DNA from: Tagaea sp.
Lineage (GTDB): Bacteria; Pseudomonadota; Alphaproteobacteria; CACIAM-22H2
Direction: 5' to 3'
NCBI GenBank assembly: GCA_965279565.1
Contig: OZ257249.1
Coordinates: 2,897,116 to 2,961,115, forward strand
Length of the DNA stretch: 64,000 bases
Shown here: piece after piece, positions 38,359 through 48,743 of the stretch
Layout of the letters: each line of letters opens with the position of its first letter
How positions within the stretch are numbered: the first letter of the stretch is position 1
Notes under the pieces: model-generated
Database searches by the model: none
What the model was told of the DNA's origin: nothing
Seen by the model: only the letters and a program-made list of their open reading frames with translations
Translations under genes and position numbers: made by a program

Positions 38359-39657
38359 ATGAAGTCCGCATCCGTGCAGGCGAGCCTGCTGTCCTTCGGC
38401 CTCTGCGCCGCCCTCGGCGTTTCGGCCGCGAACGCGCAGACCACCGTCACGATGTGGAGTTTCCTCGATCCGGCGAAGACCAGCGGGCGCGAAGTGGCGC
38501 TGCGCACGATGATCGAGAATTTCGAGAAGGCGAACCCCGGCGTGAAGGTCCGCGTCGAGCCGCAGATCTTCTCAGAGCTGATGACGAAGTTCCTCGCCGC
38601 CAACAACACCGGCACGGCCCCCGACCTGATCCTCGTCAACACCGAGAACATGGGCGCCTTCGCCAAGTCGGGTGCGGGCGCCGACCTCAACGCGCTGTTC
38701 ATCGACAAGTGGCCGCGCGGCCAGCAGGAGGATTTCTTCGTGCGCGCCGGCTGGGATGCCGGGCTCGTCGGCGGCAAGCGATATGCCGTGCCGCTGTTCC
38801 ACGCGACGACCAGCATCTTCTATCGCAAGGACCTGCTCGCCGCGGCCGGCATCGATCCCAAGTCGATCAAGACGTGGGACCAGCTTGCCGACGCCGCGAA
38901 GAAGCTGACGGGTGCCAGGGACGCCGGCGGGCGCGTCGACGTGTGGGGCTTCGGCACGCCGCTGTCGACCGAACGCACCGGCGGCACCACCGCCTTCTCC
39001 GCGATGATGTTCGCGGGCGAGGGGATGTGGAAGGACTGCAAGCCGCTCTACGCGTCGCCCACGGGCCTGCGTGCGCTTCAGTGGCACACCGACCTGATTG
39101 CCAAGGCGGGTGCCATGCCGCGCGAGACGATCGCCAACCATGTCGACGACGTCGTCGACCAGTTCACCGCCGGGCGCTACGCGATGGCCGTGATGCCGTT
39201 CGCCCGCTTCGAGAACGTGCGCGCGCAGGCCAAGTGGGACGGCCAGCAGCTCGCCATCCTGCCCTGGCCGAACTGGACGGCCGACAAGGTCGGGCCGCAG
39301 CAGGTCCAGGGCTGGTACGCCGGCATCTGGAGCAAGTCGCGCCGCCTGCCGGAAGCCGCGAAATTCCTCGAGCACATGATCAATCCGGAATCCGTGCGCC
39401 TCTGGTCGGAAGTGGGCGGGCAGGTGCCCACGCGCTTCTCGGTCTGGCAGCAGCCGCAGTTCCGCGACGCCAAGTTCGCCTTCATGGAGACGGTCGTCGA
39501 CGCGTGGAAGGCGTGGAGCTTCCAGATCCCGACCGAGTGCACGACCACGCAGTTCGATGCCGACCTCAACCGTGCGGTCCAGCGCGTGCTCGTCGGCGGC
39601 ATCGCGCCGGCGGCCGCCATGCAGGAAGCCGAGCGCGCCTTCCTCGGCCGCCAGTAG
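38359..39657 (+). CDS. sugar ABC transporter substrate-binding protein (family 1)
   Basis: 432 aa with signal peptide MKSASVQASLLSFGLCAALGVSAANA. Paralog of the binding protein at 45387..46676. Confidence 0.85.
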   Translation: MKSASVQASLLSFGLCAALGVSAANAQTTVTMWSFLDPAKTSGREVALRTMIENFEKANPGVKVRVEPQIFSELMTKFLAANNTGTAPDLILVNTENMGAFAKSGAGADLNALFIDKWPRGQQEDFFVRAGWDAGLVGGKRYAVPLFHATTSIFYRKDLLAAAGIDPKSIKTWDQLADAAKKLTGARDAGGRVDVWGFGTPLSTERTGGTTAFSAMMFAGEGMWKDCKPLYASPTGLRALQWHTDLIAKAGAMPRETIANHVDDVVDQFTAGRYAMAVMPFARFENVRAQAKWDGQQLAILPWPNWTADKVGPQQVQGWYAGIWSKSRRLPEAAKFLEHMINPESVRLWSEVGGQVPTRFSVWQQPQFRDAKFAFMETVVDAWKAWSFQIPTECTTTQFDADLNRAVQRVLVGGIAPAAAMQEAERAFLGRQ

Positions 39658-39680
39658 CAACAGCGGAAGATCGGACGAAC

Positions 39681-40559
39681 ATGATGGCCGCCGCACGACG
39701 CTTTGACGCCCAGCCCTACGCATTCGTGGCGCCGCTGCTCGTGCTGGAGATCCTGTTCGTCGCGGTCCCGCTCGTGCTCGGCTTCTACTACAGCCTCCAC
39801 CGCGCGGACTATTTCCAGGTCACCCAGTTCCGCGGCCTTGGCAACTACGAGCGGATGCTCGATTCGCCGATGGTGCTGAACTCGCTGATGGTGACCGGCA
39901 TCTTCTCGATCTTCGCGCTGTTCTTCACCTTCATCCTCGGCTTCGCGCTCGCGCTCTATCTCGAGCGCGACACGCGCTTCAACATGTTCCTGCGCGCGGT
40001 CGTGCTGATCCCCTACATCATCGCGATGCTGGTCGGCTCGATGCTGCTCAAGTGGATCTTCGGGCAGGATTCCGGGATCCTCAACTTTGCGCTCGGTCCG
40101 ATGGGGCTGGGCCAGACGACGATCCTTGCCGATCCCAACGCCGCGATGGGCGCTCTCGTGTTCAACGCGGTGTGGCGGGATTCGGCTTTCGCGATGATCC
40201 TGCTGCTCGCCGGCCTCAAGGGCATCGACCCGCAGCTCTACGCCGCCGCGCGCGTCGACGGGGCGGGGGCGATCATGCGCTTCCGCACGCTGACGCTGCC
40301 GCTGATGCGCACGCCGATCCTGATCACGACGATCCGGCTGGCGATCCATTTCGTCAACGTGCTGACCTTCGCGCTGATCCTGACCGGCGGCGGGCCCAAC
40401 GAGGCGACGCAGACGCTGGGCCTGACGATGTACCGGATCGGTTTCGTCGATTTCCGCATCGGCCAGGCCAGCGCCATGGCGTTCATGGTGTTCCTGTTCA
40501 ACCTGGTGCTGATCTTCATCCTGCTGCGGCTGTTCAAGGAAAAGCAGGGGGTTCCATGA
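39681..40559 (+). CDS. sugar ABC transporter permease
   Basis: Real start is the internal ATG (MMAAARRFDAQPYAFVAPLLVLEILFVAVPLVLGFYYSL...). The listed 757-aa ORF is a read-through artifact. Confidence 0.85.
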   Translation: MMAAARRFDAQPYAFVAPLLVLEILFVAVPLVLGFYYSLHRADYFQVTQFRGLGNYERMLDSPMVLNSLMVTGIFSIFALFFTFILGFALALYLERDTRFNMFLRAVVLIPYIIAMLVGSMLLKWIFGQDSGILNFALGPMGLGQTTILADPNAAMGALVFNAVWRDSAFAMILLLAGLKGIDPQLYAAARVDGAGAIMRFRTLTLPLMRTPILITTIRLAIHFVNVLTFALILTGGGPNEATQTLGLTMYRIGFVDFRIGQASAMAFMVFLFNLVLIFILLRLFKEKQGVP

Positions 40560-41392
40560 CCTGGCGCAAGCGCGTCCTGCACCGCCGCCTTGCCAACGCC
40601 GCGATCGGCTTCGCGATCTGCGCGGTGGCGCTGTTCCCGATCCTGTGGGGCCTGTCGACGTCGCTGAAGCCCGCCAACCGGATCCTCGAATATCCGCCCG
40701 AGCTGATTCCGTCGACACCGACGCTCGAGCACTATTTCTACCTGTTCGAGACCGGCATCACGCGCCCGATCGTCAACAGCCTGATCGTGTCGTTCTTCTC
40801 GGTCGCGTTCAGCCTGCTGTTCGGCACGCTCGCGGGTTACGCGCTCGCCCGCTACGACTTCCGCGGCCGGGGCGGCGTCATGATGGCGATCGTCGCGGTG
40901 ATGAGCATCCCGCTGCCCTCGCTGACCGTGCCGACCTTCATCCTGCTCGCCCTCATCGGCCTCAACGACACGCTCGTCGGCCTCACGATCCTCTACACCG
41001 CCTACCAGCTTCCGATCACGGTCTGGATCCTCTACGGCTATTTCCGCACGCTGCCGCGCGAACTGGAATCCGCCGCGATGATCGACGGCTATTCGCGCCT
41101 GCAGGTGTTGCGCAAGATCGTCGTGCCGCTGTCGGGCCCCGGCCTGATCGCCTCGGGCCTGTTCGTGCTGACCTTCGCGTGGAACGACTTCGTCGTCGCG
41201 GTGGCGATGGTCTCGTCGGCCGAGACGCGCACGCTGCCGCTCGCGATCTACAACTATCTCGGATTCTTCGGGCGCGAATGGGGGCCACTGACGGCCTCGG
41301 CCATGGTCGCGACGATCCCGGTGATCGTCGTGTTCCTCGCGTTCCAGCGCTACTTCCTGTCCGGCATGACCGGCGGAAGCGTGAAGGGCTAG
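40556..41392 (+). CDS. sugar ABC transporter permease
   Basis: Start at MTWRKRVLHRRLANAAIGF. ATGA overlap with the upstream permease. EAA loop AAMIDGYSRLQVLRKIVVP. Confidence 0.85.
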   Translation: MTWRKRVLHRRLANAAIGFAICAVALFPILWGLSTSLKPANRILEYPPELIPSTPTLEHYFYLFETGITRPIVNSLIVSFFSVAFSLLFGTLAGYALARYDFRGRGGVMMAIVAVMSIPLPSLTVPTFILLALIGLNDTLVGLTILYTAYQLPITVWILYGYFRTLPRELESAAMIDGYSRLQVLRKIVVPLSGPGLIASGLFVLTFAWNDFVVAVAMVSSAETRTLPLAIYNYLGFFGREWGPLTASAMVATIPVIVVFLAFQRYFLSGMTGGSVKG

Positions 41393-41414
41393 CTCGGATG
41401 GGAATTCAACGCGC

Positions 41415-42518
41415 ATGACCAACGTGACTTTCAGCGGCGTGACGAAGCGCTTCGGCACCGTCGTGGCCCTCGAAAGCCTCGACCTCAAGATCGAGGCGGG
41501 CGAGTTCGTCTCGCTGCTCGGGCCGTCGGGCTCGGGCAAGACGACGTCGCTCAACCTGCTGGCGGGCCTGCTGCCGATCGACGACGGCGAGATCCGCATC
41601 GGCGACAAGGTCGTCAACGACCTGCCGCCGGACAAGCGCGACATCGCGATGGTGTTCCAGAACTACGCGCTCTATCCGCACATGACGGTGTTCGAGAACA
41701 TCGCCTTCCCGCTGCGCGCACGTCAGCGCCGCGTGGGCGAGGCCGAAATCGTCCAGCGCGTCGACCGCGTGGCGGGCGCCATGGGCATTGGCGACCTGCT
41801 CGCCCGCTATCCCAAGGAGCTTTCCGGCGGGCAGCAGCAGCGCGTGGCGCTGGGACGCGCGATGGTGCGCGATCCCAAGGTCTTCCTGCTCGACGAGCCG
41901 CTGTCGAACCTCGACGCGCGCCTGCGCATCCGCATGCGCCACGACATCAAGGCGCTGCACCAGTCGATCAAGTCGACGATCGTCTACGTCACGCACGACC
42001 AGGCCGAGGCGATGAGCATGTCCTCGCGCATCGCGGTCTTCAACAAGGGGCGGCTGCAGCAGTACGGCACGCCGCGCCAGATCTATGCCGAGCCGGTCAA
42101 CCAGTTCGTCGCGAACTTCGTGGGCGAACGCGAGACGACCTTCATCGACGGCACGCTCGTCGAGCGCGGCGGCGTGCCCACGTTCGAGGCCGGCGGGGCG
42201 GCGATCCCGATCGCGGGCGCGCAGACGCGCTTCCCGTCGGCGATGGGCCGGCCGGTACGCCTGGGCGTGCGCGCCGAAAGCGTGCGACTGGCCGAAGGCG
42301 GATCGCGCGGCGCCCTGCCCGCGACGGTGACGCTCAGCGAACTCTCCGGTCCCGACCAGATCCTCTATGTGCGCACGGCGGCCGGCATCGAGCTGTGCTG
42401 CCGGACCGATCCGGCGACGATCGCGCGGCCGGGCGACACGGTGCCGATCGAGTTCGTCGCGAGCCTGCTGCACGCGTTCGATCCGGCGACGGGCGAGACC
42501 CTCGCCAAAGCTTCCTGA
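41415..42518 (+). CDS. sugar ABC transporter ATP-binding protein (MalK/UgpC-like)
   Basis: Walker A GPSGSGKTT, signature LSGGQQQRVALGRA, and a TOBE-like C-terminus. Confidence 0.9.
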   Translation: MTNVTFSGVTKRFGTVVALESLDLKIEAGEFVSLLGPSGSGKTTSLNLLAGLLPIDDGEIRIGDKVVNDLPPDKRDIAMVFQNYALYPHMTVFENIAFPLRARQRRVGEAEIVQRVDRVAGAMGIGDLLARYPKELSGGQQQRVALGRAMVRDPKVFLLDEPLSNLDARLRIRMRHDIKALHQSIKSTIVYVTHDQAEAMSMSSRIAVFNKGRLQQYGTPRQIYAEPVNQFVANFVGERETTFIDGTLVERGGVPTFEAGGAAIPIAGAQTRFPSAMGRPVRLGVRAESVRLAEGGSRGALPATVTLSELSGPDQILYVRTAAGIELCCRTDPATIARPGDTVPIEFVASLLHAFDPATGETLAKAS

Positions 42519-42540
42519 AGACGGGGCGGAACCTTTCCAG

Positions 42541-43944
42541 ATGGCACAGACACTCAACCGGATCGAATTCGACGTCGTGGTGCTGGGCGGCGGTGCCGCG
42601 GGCGTGGCGAGCGCCATCGCGGCGGCGCGCAACGGGGCGCGCACGGTGCTGATCGATGCCGGGCCGATGATCGGCGGCGAGATGGTCAGCGGCATCCCGA
42701 TCGACGGGTGCCTCTCCAGCCGCGGCGAATGGGTCGTCGGCGGCGTGATCCGCGACATCTTCGCCGAGTGCGAGCGCCTGGGCGGCTATATCGGCCCGGT
42801 CAACGACTATCGCTCGCTCAACGTCGTCGCCATCGATCCCGAGATCATGAAGATCGCGATCATGAACGAGGTGCGCAAGGTGGGCGTCACGCTGCTCCTC
42901 TACACGTTCGGCGAGGATGTCGTCGTGAACAAGGGCCGCGTCGAGGGCATCGTCGTCCTCAACAAGAACCAGCGCACGCTCGTCACCGGCAAGGTCTTCG
43001 TCGACTGTTCGGGCGACGGCGACATCGCGGTCGCGGCGGGCGCGCCCTTCGAACTCGGCGACGCGTCGGCGGGCGATCTCCAGCCGATCTCGATGGTGTT
43101 CCGCATGGTCGGGATCGAGACCGAGCCGCTGCTGCGCTTCGTGCGCGACAATCCCGAGAATTGCGGCCTTGGCGAGTATCCGGGCCTCAACATGACGCGC
43201 CAGCAATGCGCCGACGCGCTCTACAAGCAGGGTCTCGCCAAGGTCTTCCTCGTCTCCGAGGGGCCCTTGATGCGCCAGGCGATCGCGGCGGGCGATCTCT
43301 ACAAATCCTCGATGATCGCGGTCACGCCGGTGTCGCTCGCGCGCAAGGAAGTCAGCCTCAACACGACGCGCATCGGCAACATCGACGCGACGAAGACCGA
43401 GCAGCTGAGCCGCGCACTGCCCGACCTGCTCGACCAGGTGTGGAACTGCACCGCCTTCATGAAAAAATACGTGCCCGGCTTCGAGAACGCGCATTTCTCG
43501 GGCCTCGCCCCGCGCATCGGAATCCGCGAGACGCGCCGCATCATGTGCGACTACGTGCTGTCCGACGACGACGTCTATCAGGCGCGCAAGAAGGATGACG
43601 GGATCGCCAAGGGTGCGCACGAGGTCGACGTCCACGGCAGCGGCACCAAGCACCTGCGCGAGGCGGTCAAGGACGGGGGGTCCTACGACATTCCCTACGC
43701 CACGCTCGTCGCGCGCACGCTTGCCAACGTGTTCGTCGCCGGGCGCTGCATGTCGGCGACGCGCGTGGCGCACAGTTCGGCGCGCGTGATGGGTACGTGC
43801 ATGGCGATGGGCCAGGCGGCCGGTACGGCCGGTGCGATGTGCGCCAGCGCCAACGCATGGAGCGGCGACATCCGCGACGTGCGTGTGCCGCAGCTTCGCG
43901 ACGTGCTGCGCGCGCAGGGGGCGGTGCTCGATGGAACCTACTAG
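42541..43944 (+). CDS. FAD-dependent oxidoreductase (FAD_oxidored-type, about 465 aa)
   Basis: Start at MAQTLNRIEFDVVVLGGGAAGVASAIAAARNGARTVLIDAG, a dinucleotide-binding motif. Confidence 0.75.
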   Translation: MAQTLNRIEFDVVVLGGGAAGVASAIAAARNGARTVLIDAGPMIGGEMVSGIPIDGCLSSRGEWVVGGVIRDIFAECERLGGYIGPVNDYRSLNVVAIDPEIMKIAIMNEVRKVGVTLLLYTFGEDVVVNKGRVEGIVVLNKNQRTLVTGKVFVDCSGDGDIAVAAGAPFELGDASAGDLQPISMVFRMVGIETEPLLRFVRDNPENCGLGEYPGLNMTRQQCADALYKQGLAKVFLVSEGPLMRQAIAAGDLYKSSMIAVTPVSLARKEVSLNTTRIGNIDATKTEQLSRALPDLLDQVWNCTAFMKKYVPGFENAHFSGLAPRIGIRETRRIMCDYVLSDDDVYQARKKDDGIAKGAHEVDVHGSGTKHLREAVKDGGSYDIPYATLVARTLANVFVAGRCMSATRVAHSSARVMGTCMAMGQAAGTAGAMCASANAWSGDIRDVRVPQLRDVLRAQGAVLDGTY

Positions 43945-43960
43945 GTCCGGGAACTAGGCG

Positions 43961-45352
43961 ATGGCGCGCGCCATCCGTTCGCTGCACTACGACGTCGCCG
44001 TGATCGGCGGCGGCAGTGCCGGCGTGGCGGCGGCGGTCGCTTCCGCGCGCAACGGCGCGCGGACGGTCCTTGTCGATGCCGGCCCGATGGCGGGTGGCGA
44101 ACTGGTCAGCGGTCTGCCGCTCAACGCCGTGCTGAACGCGCGCGGCGAATGGGTCGCGGGCGGCATCTGCCGCGAGCTGGTCGAGGCGTGCCGCGCGATG
44201 GGCGGGCTCGTCGAGCCCTATTTCGACTGGCGCTCGCTGTGGCTCGTCTGCGTCGATCCGGAGATCATGAAGATCGCGGTCGCGCGCCTGCTGCGTGATG
44301 CCGGCGTCGACCTGCTGCTCTACAGCTTCGCCGAGGACGTCGTCGTCGAGGACGGCCGCGTCACCGGCGTGTTCGTGCTCAACAAGAACGGCCGCAACCT
44401 GGTCGAGGCCGACCTGTTCGTCGACTGCTCGGGCGACGGCGACATCGCGGCGATGGCGGGTGCCCCGTGGGAGAAGGGCGGCGAGAAGGGCGAACTGCAG
44501 CCCGTCACGCTGATCTTCCGCATGATGGGCGTGGAGACCGAGCCGCTGCTCGATTTCGTGCGCAAGCATCCCGAGAACGTGGGATTGGGCGAATGCCTGC
44601 TCGAGCCGCGCTCGAAATCCGACTGCGCGGAAGAGCTCTACCGGCAGGGCGTGCCGTCGGTGTTCTTCGACGGCAAGGCGCCGTTCGTGGCGCGCGCGAT
44701 CGAACGGGGCGAGCTGCATCCGTGCGGCATCCTCGCGGTCTGCCCGCTTTCCACCCAGCGGCGCGAGGTCAGCCTCAACACCACGCGCATCGCCAATCTC
44801 GACGCGACGCGCACCGACGTGCTGAGCCAGGCCCTGCCGCAGCTCCTCGACCAGGTCTGGACCTGCGCGAGCTTCCTGACGAAGCGCGTGCCTGGCTTCG
44901 AGAAGGCCGCCTTCAGCGGGATCGCGCCGCGCATCGGCATCCGCGAGACGCGGCGTATCCTCGGCGAATACGTGCTGACCGGGGCCGACGTGCTCGCCGG
45001 GCGCAAGCGCGCCGACGGCATCTGCAAGGGCGCGCACGAACTGGACGTGCACGGGGCCGGCAGCGCGCATCGCCGCGAGATGATCGCCGAAGGCGGCTCC
45101 TACGACGTGCCGTTCGGCTGCCTGCTGCCCAAGCGCACGGCGAACATGCTCGTCGCGGGGCGCTGCCTGTCGGCGACGCGCGAGGCGCACGGGTCGGCGC
45201 GCGTGATGGGCACATGCATGGGCATGGGGCAGGCGGCGGGAACCGCCGCGGCCCTGTGCGCGGCGGATGGAACATCCCTGCGGCAGCTATCGGTGCCCGC
45301 TTTGCGCGAGCGCCTGGCTTCGCAGGGGGCGATTCTCGAAGGAACACACTAG
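43961..45352 (+). CDS. FAD-dependent oxidoreductase, tandem paralog of the previous
   Basis: MARAIRSLHYDVAVIGGGSAGVAAAVASARNGARTVLVDAG. Collinear similarity to the 42541 gene across the whole length, roughly 50-60% identity by eye. Confidence 0.75.
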   Translation: MARAIRSLHYDVAVIGGGSAGVAAAVASARNGARTVLVDAGPMAGGELVSGLPLNAVLNARGEWVAGGICRELVEACRAMGGLVEPYFDWRSLWLVCVDPEIMKIAVARLLRDAGVDLLLYSFAEDVVVEDGRVTGVFVLNKNGRNLVEADLFVDCSGDGDIAAMAGAPWEKGGEKGELQPVTLIFRMMGVETEPLLDFVRKHPENVGLGECLLEPRSKSDCAEELYRQGVPSVFFDGKAPFVARAIERGELHPCGILAVCPLSTQRREVSLNTTRIANLDATRTDVLSQALPQLLDQVWTCASFLTKRVPGFEKAAFSGIAPRIGIRETRRILGEYVLTGADVLAGRKRADGICKGAHELDVHGAGSAHRREMIAEGGSYDVPFGCLLPKRTANMLVAGRCLSATREAHGSARVMGTCMGMGQAAGTAAALCAADGTSLRQLSVPALRERLASQGAILEGTH

Positions 45353-45386
45353 GCGGATCAACCGTCATAACGAAGGAGAGGGAACG

Positions 45387-46676
45387 ATGGGACATTTCAG
45401 GAGCCTTACGGGCACGGCGCTGCTGGCGCTGGCAACGATCGGAAGCGGGGCCGCTTCCGCGCAGACGACCGTCACGATGTGGACGTTCCTCGATCCGCTG
45501 CGCACGTCGCCGCGCGAGATCGCGCTCAAGCAGATGATCGAGGGCTTCGAGAAGGCCAACCCGTCGATCAAGATCAAGGTCGAGCCGCAGGACTTCGCGC
45601 AGATGCCGCCGCGCTTCTTCCTCGGCCACGGTACGGGCCAGAATCCCGACATCGTGTGGATCGACGCCAAGAATCTCGGCGGCCTGATCCAGTCGGGTGC
45701 GGCGACCGACCTGCAGCAGACGCTCGTCTCGAAATGGCCGGCCGGCCAGCGCGAGGATTTCTTCGTGGGTGCGGGCTGGGATGCGGCCAAGCAGGGCAAC
45801 AAGCTGCACGCCCTGCCGCTGTTCCACGGTGCGAGCGTGATCTACTACCGCAAGGACCTGCTGCGCGAGGCCGGCATCGATCCGGCGACGCTGAAGAGCT
45901 GGGATGCCATCGCCGAGGCGGCCAAGAAGCTGACCAAGACGAAGGACGGCCGCGTCGACGTGTGGGGCTTCGGCATGCCGCTCGCCCCCACCAAGACGGA
46001 GAGCACGCCGCTGCTGATCGGCATGATCGACGCCGGCGGGCAGATCTTCAACGGCTGCAAGGCGAACTTCGCCACGCCGGCCGGCGTGCGCGGGCTCAAC
46101 TTCACCGCCTCGCTGATCACCCAGCACAAGGTCACGCCGCAGGAAGCGCTGGCCCAGCACGTGGACGACATCACCGACCAGTTCACGGCCGGTCGCTACG
46201 CGATGGCGATCACCGCGAACCTGCGCTTCAGCGCCGTGGCGCGCGCCGCGGCGTTCGGCGGCTCGAACATCGGCGTCCTGCCGTGGCCGACCTGGACGGG
46301 TCAGGGCACGGGGCCCATGCCGGTCTCCGGCTGGTGGGTCGCGATGTGGAACAAGTCGCCGCGCCAGGCCGAAGCCGGGAAGTTTGTCGAGTACATGACC
46401 GGGGCCGAGGGCGTGAAGCTCTGGTCGACGGTCGGCGGACAGGTCCCGACGCGCAAGTCCGTCCTCGCCGAACCCGTCTTCAAGGAGCCGCAGAACGAGT
46501 GGATCCAGACGATGGTCGCGGCGTGGTCGGCCCGCAGCTGGATCGAGCCCACCGAGTGCAACACCCGCACGATGCAGGCCGCCCTCAACGAGGCCGTGCA
46601 CCGCGTGGTGCTGCAGAACGCCAACCCGATGGACGCGCTCAGGGAAGCCGAGCGCAAGTTCAACGACGCCCAGTAA
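45387..46676 (+). CDS. second sugar ABC substrate-binding protein (paralog of 38359)
   Basis: Start MGHFRSLTGTALLALATIGSGAASA with an AAGGAGAG SD. Shares blocks with the first binding protein (QTTVTMW.FLDP, GWDA, GQVPTR, PTECNT). Confidence 0.85.
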   Translation: MGHFRSLTGTALLALATIGSGAASAQTTVTMWTFLDPLRTSPREIALKQMIEGFEKANPSIKIKVEPQDFAQMPPRFFLGHGTGQNPDIVWIDAKNLGGLIQSGAATDLQQTLVSKWPAGQREDFFVGAGWDAAKQGNKLHALPLFHGASVIYYRKDLLREAGIDPATLKSWDAIAEAAKKLTKTKDGRVDVWGFGMPLAPTKTESTPLLIGMIDAGGQIFNGCKANFATPAGVRGLNFTASLITQHKVTPQEALAQHVDDITDQFTAGRYAMAITANLRFSAVARAAAFGGSNIGVLPWPTWTGQGTGPMPVSGWWVAMWNKSPRQAEAGKFVEYMTGAEGVKLWSTVGGQVPTRKSVLAEPVFKEPQNEWIQTMVAAWSARSWIEPTECNTRTMQAALNEAVHRVVLQNANPMDALREAERKFNDAQ

Positions 46677-46742
46677 CGACGACAAGCGGCGGGGCGGCCG
46701 TCGGGCCGCCCCGGTCCGCATCAACCCGAGAGGAACGAGAAC

Positions 46743-47501
46743 GTGGACACCAAGCTTGCCGACAAGACCGTCTTCATCACCGGCGCCGGTGCCGGCATCG
46801 GGCAGTCGATCGCGAAGCATTTCGCGATCGAGAAGACGAACGTCTACGTCACCGACATCAGTGGTGCTGCGGCCGAGCAGACCGCCAAGGAAATCTGCGA
46901 TGCCGGCGGCCGTGCGACCGCCATGGCGCTCGACGTGACGAAGCGCGCGGACGTGTTCGCCGCGATCGGCAAGGTCGTGGATGCGACGGGCGGCGTCGAC
47001 GTGCTCGTCAACAATGCCGGCGTGGTGGCGCTGGCGAAGATCGAAGAGATCACCGAATCGGAGTTCGACCGCATCTATGCGGTCAACGTGAAGGGCAAGC
47101 TTTTCTGCATGCAGGCGGCGGTGCCCGCCATGAAGAAGCGCAAGTGGGGTCGGATCATCAACACCTGCTCGATCTCGGGCAAGACGGGCGGCAAGCTGCC
47201 CTACGCGCACTACACCTCGTCGAAGGCCGCTGTGTGGACCATGACGATGGCCGCCGCGCACGAGTTCGCGCCGTTCGGCATCAACGTCAACGGGATCGCG
47301 CCCGGCTCGGTCATCGGAACGGCCTTCTCGAAGGGCTTCGATCTCAACAACGATCCGGAAGTCCTGAAGGCGACGATCCCGCTGGCGCGCCGCGGCGTGC
47401 CGGACGACATCGCACCTGCCGTGGTCTTCCTTGCCTCTGACGGGGCCCGCTACATCACCGGCGAGCTCATCGACGTCAATGGCGGACTGCACATGGATTG
47501 A
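46743..47501 (+). CDS. SDR-family oxidoreductase
   Basis: GTG start. TGAGAGIG glycine motif, NNAG, YxxxK (YTSSKAAV). Confidence 0.85.
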   Translation: MDTKLADKTVFITGAGAGIGQSIAKHFAIEKTNVYVTDISGAAAEQTAKEICDAGGRATAMALDVTKRADVFAAIGKVVDATGGVDVLVNNAGVVALAKIEEITESEFDRIYAVNVKGKLFCMQAAVPAMKKRKWGRIINTCSISGKTGGKLPYAHYTSSKAAVWTMTMAAAHEFAPFGINVNGIAPGSVIGTAFSKGFDLNNDPEVLKATIPLARRGVPDDIAPAVVFLASDGARYITGELIDVNGGLHMD

Positions 47502-47511
47502 GGGCACGAAC

Positions 47512-48726
47512 GTGGCATCCCTGAAAATCGAAGCGATCGAATGCATCCCGGTCACGGTGCCGATCGAGGCGCCGATCCTGACCTGCTACGGCTCGCTCGC
47601 GGCCTATCCGCGCGTGCTGGTCAAGATCGTCGCCGAGAACGGCCTCGTCGGCTACGGCGAGACGGCGGCCCGCTACAAGCCGGAGACGTTCCGGATGTTC
47701 GAGTCGATCTTCAAGGGATCGAATCCCTGGGAGTCGACGCGGCTGATCAGCCGGATCAAGCACTGGAACTACTATCCCTGGCAGAAGCCCGAGCCGCTGA
47801 TGGCCGGGCTCGAGCTTGCGTGCCTCGACCTGGTTGGCAAGTCGATCGGCGAACCGCTGCACCGCATCCTCGGCGGCAAGATCCACAAGGAGGTGCCCGT
47901 CGCCTCCTACCTGTTCTATCGCCACGCCAACGCGGCCGGGCAGGGCAAGATCCATACGGTCGACGAGGTCGTGGCCTTCGCCAAGGCGCAGGTCGCGCAG
48001 TACGGGTTCGGCGCGCTGAAGCTCAAGGGCGGCTATTTCTCGCCGGAAACGGATCGCGACGCGCTTGTCGCACTTCGCGACACGTTCGGGCGCGACATGC
48101 GCCTGCGCCTCGATCCGCAGGGCTGCTGGACGCCGGTCACGGCCGTGCGCATCGGCCGTCAGCTCGACGCGATCGACCTCGAATACTACGAGGATCCGTG
48201 CTGGAACGCCGCCGGGATGGCGCGCGTCAAGAAGTCGGTCACCACGCCGCTGGCGACCAACATGTGCGTGACGCAGTTCGAGGAGTTCCATCCCGCGACG
48301 TCGATCGGGGCGGTCGACGTCGTGCTCAGCGATCTCTGGTACTGGGGCGGAGCGCGCGCGACGATGGCGGTCGACCGGATGTGCCATGCCAGCGGCATCG
48401 ATCTCGGCATGCATTCCAGCGCCGAGCTGGGCGTGGGCTGGGCCGCGATGATCCATGTCGCGAGCGCCATGCCGCACCTGAAGCTCGCCATCGACTGCAT
48501 GAACCTGCATCTCGTCGACGACATCATCGTCGGCGGCAAGCTCGTGCCGAAGAACGGCACGATCGCGCCGCCCGACGGCCCGGGGCTGGGCGTGGAGATC
48601 GACGAGGTGAAGCTGAAGAAGTACGCGGAACTCGCGCGTTCGGGCTCGGCGAGCGACCGCTTCCTCGATCCGACGCTGGCCGATAGTGCAAGGCCGGGCT
48701 GGCATCCGCACAGCCCGACCTGGTGA
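47512..48726 (+). CDS. enolase-superfamily enzyme (mandelate racemase/muconate lactonizing family; glucarate-dehydratase-like)
   Basis: Start at the GTG after the SDR stop, with a GAGGG SD (MASLKIEAIECIPVTVP...). MR_MLE N- and C-domains with conserved acid/base and metal-ligand positions (KLKGG, LDPQG, EDP). Confidence 0.75.
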   Translation: MASLKIEAIECIPVTVPIEAPILTCYGSLAAYPRVLVKIVAENGLVGYGETAARYKPETFRMFESIFKGSNPWESTRLISRIKHWNYYPWQKPEPLMAGLELACLDLVGKSIGEPLHRILGGKIHKEVPVASYLFYRHANAAGQGKIHTVDEVVAFAKAQVAQYGFGALKLKGGYFSPETDRDALVALRDTFGRDMRLRLDPQGCWTPVTAVRIGRQLDAIDLEYYEDPCWNAAGMARVKKSVTTPLATNMCVTQFEEFHPATSIGAVDVVLSDLWYWGGARATMAVDRMCHASGIDLGMHSSAELGVGWAAMIHVASAMPHLKLAIDCMNLHLVDDIIVGGKLVPKNGTIAPPDGPGLGVEIDEVKLKKYAELARSGSASDRFLDPTLADSARPGWHPHSPTW

Positions 48727-48743
48727 GACAAGCAGGGGACAGG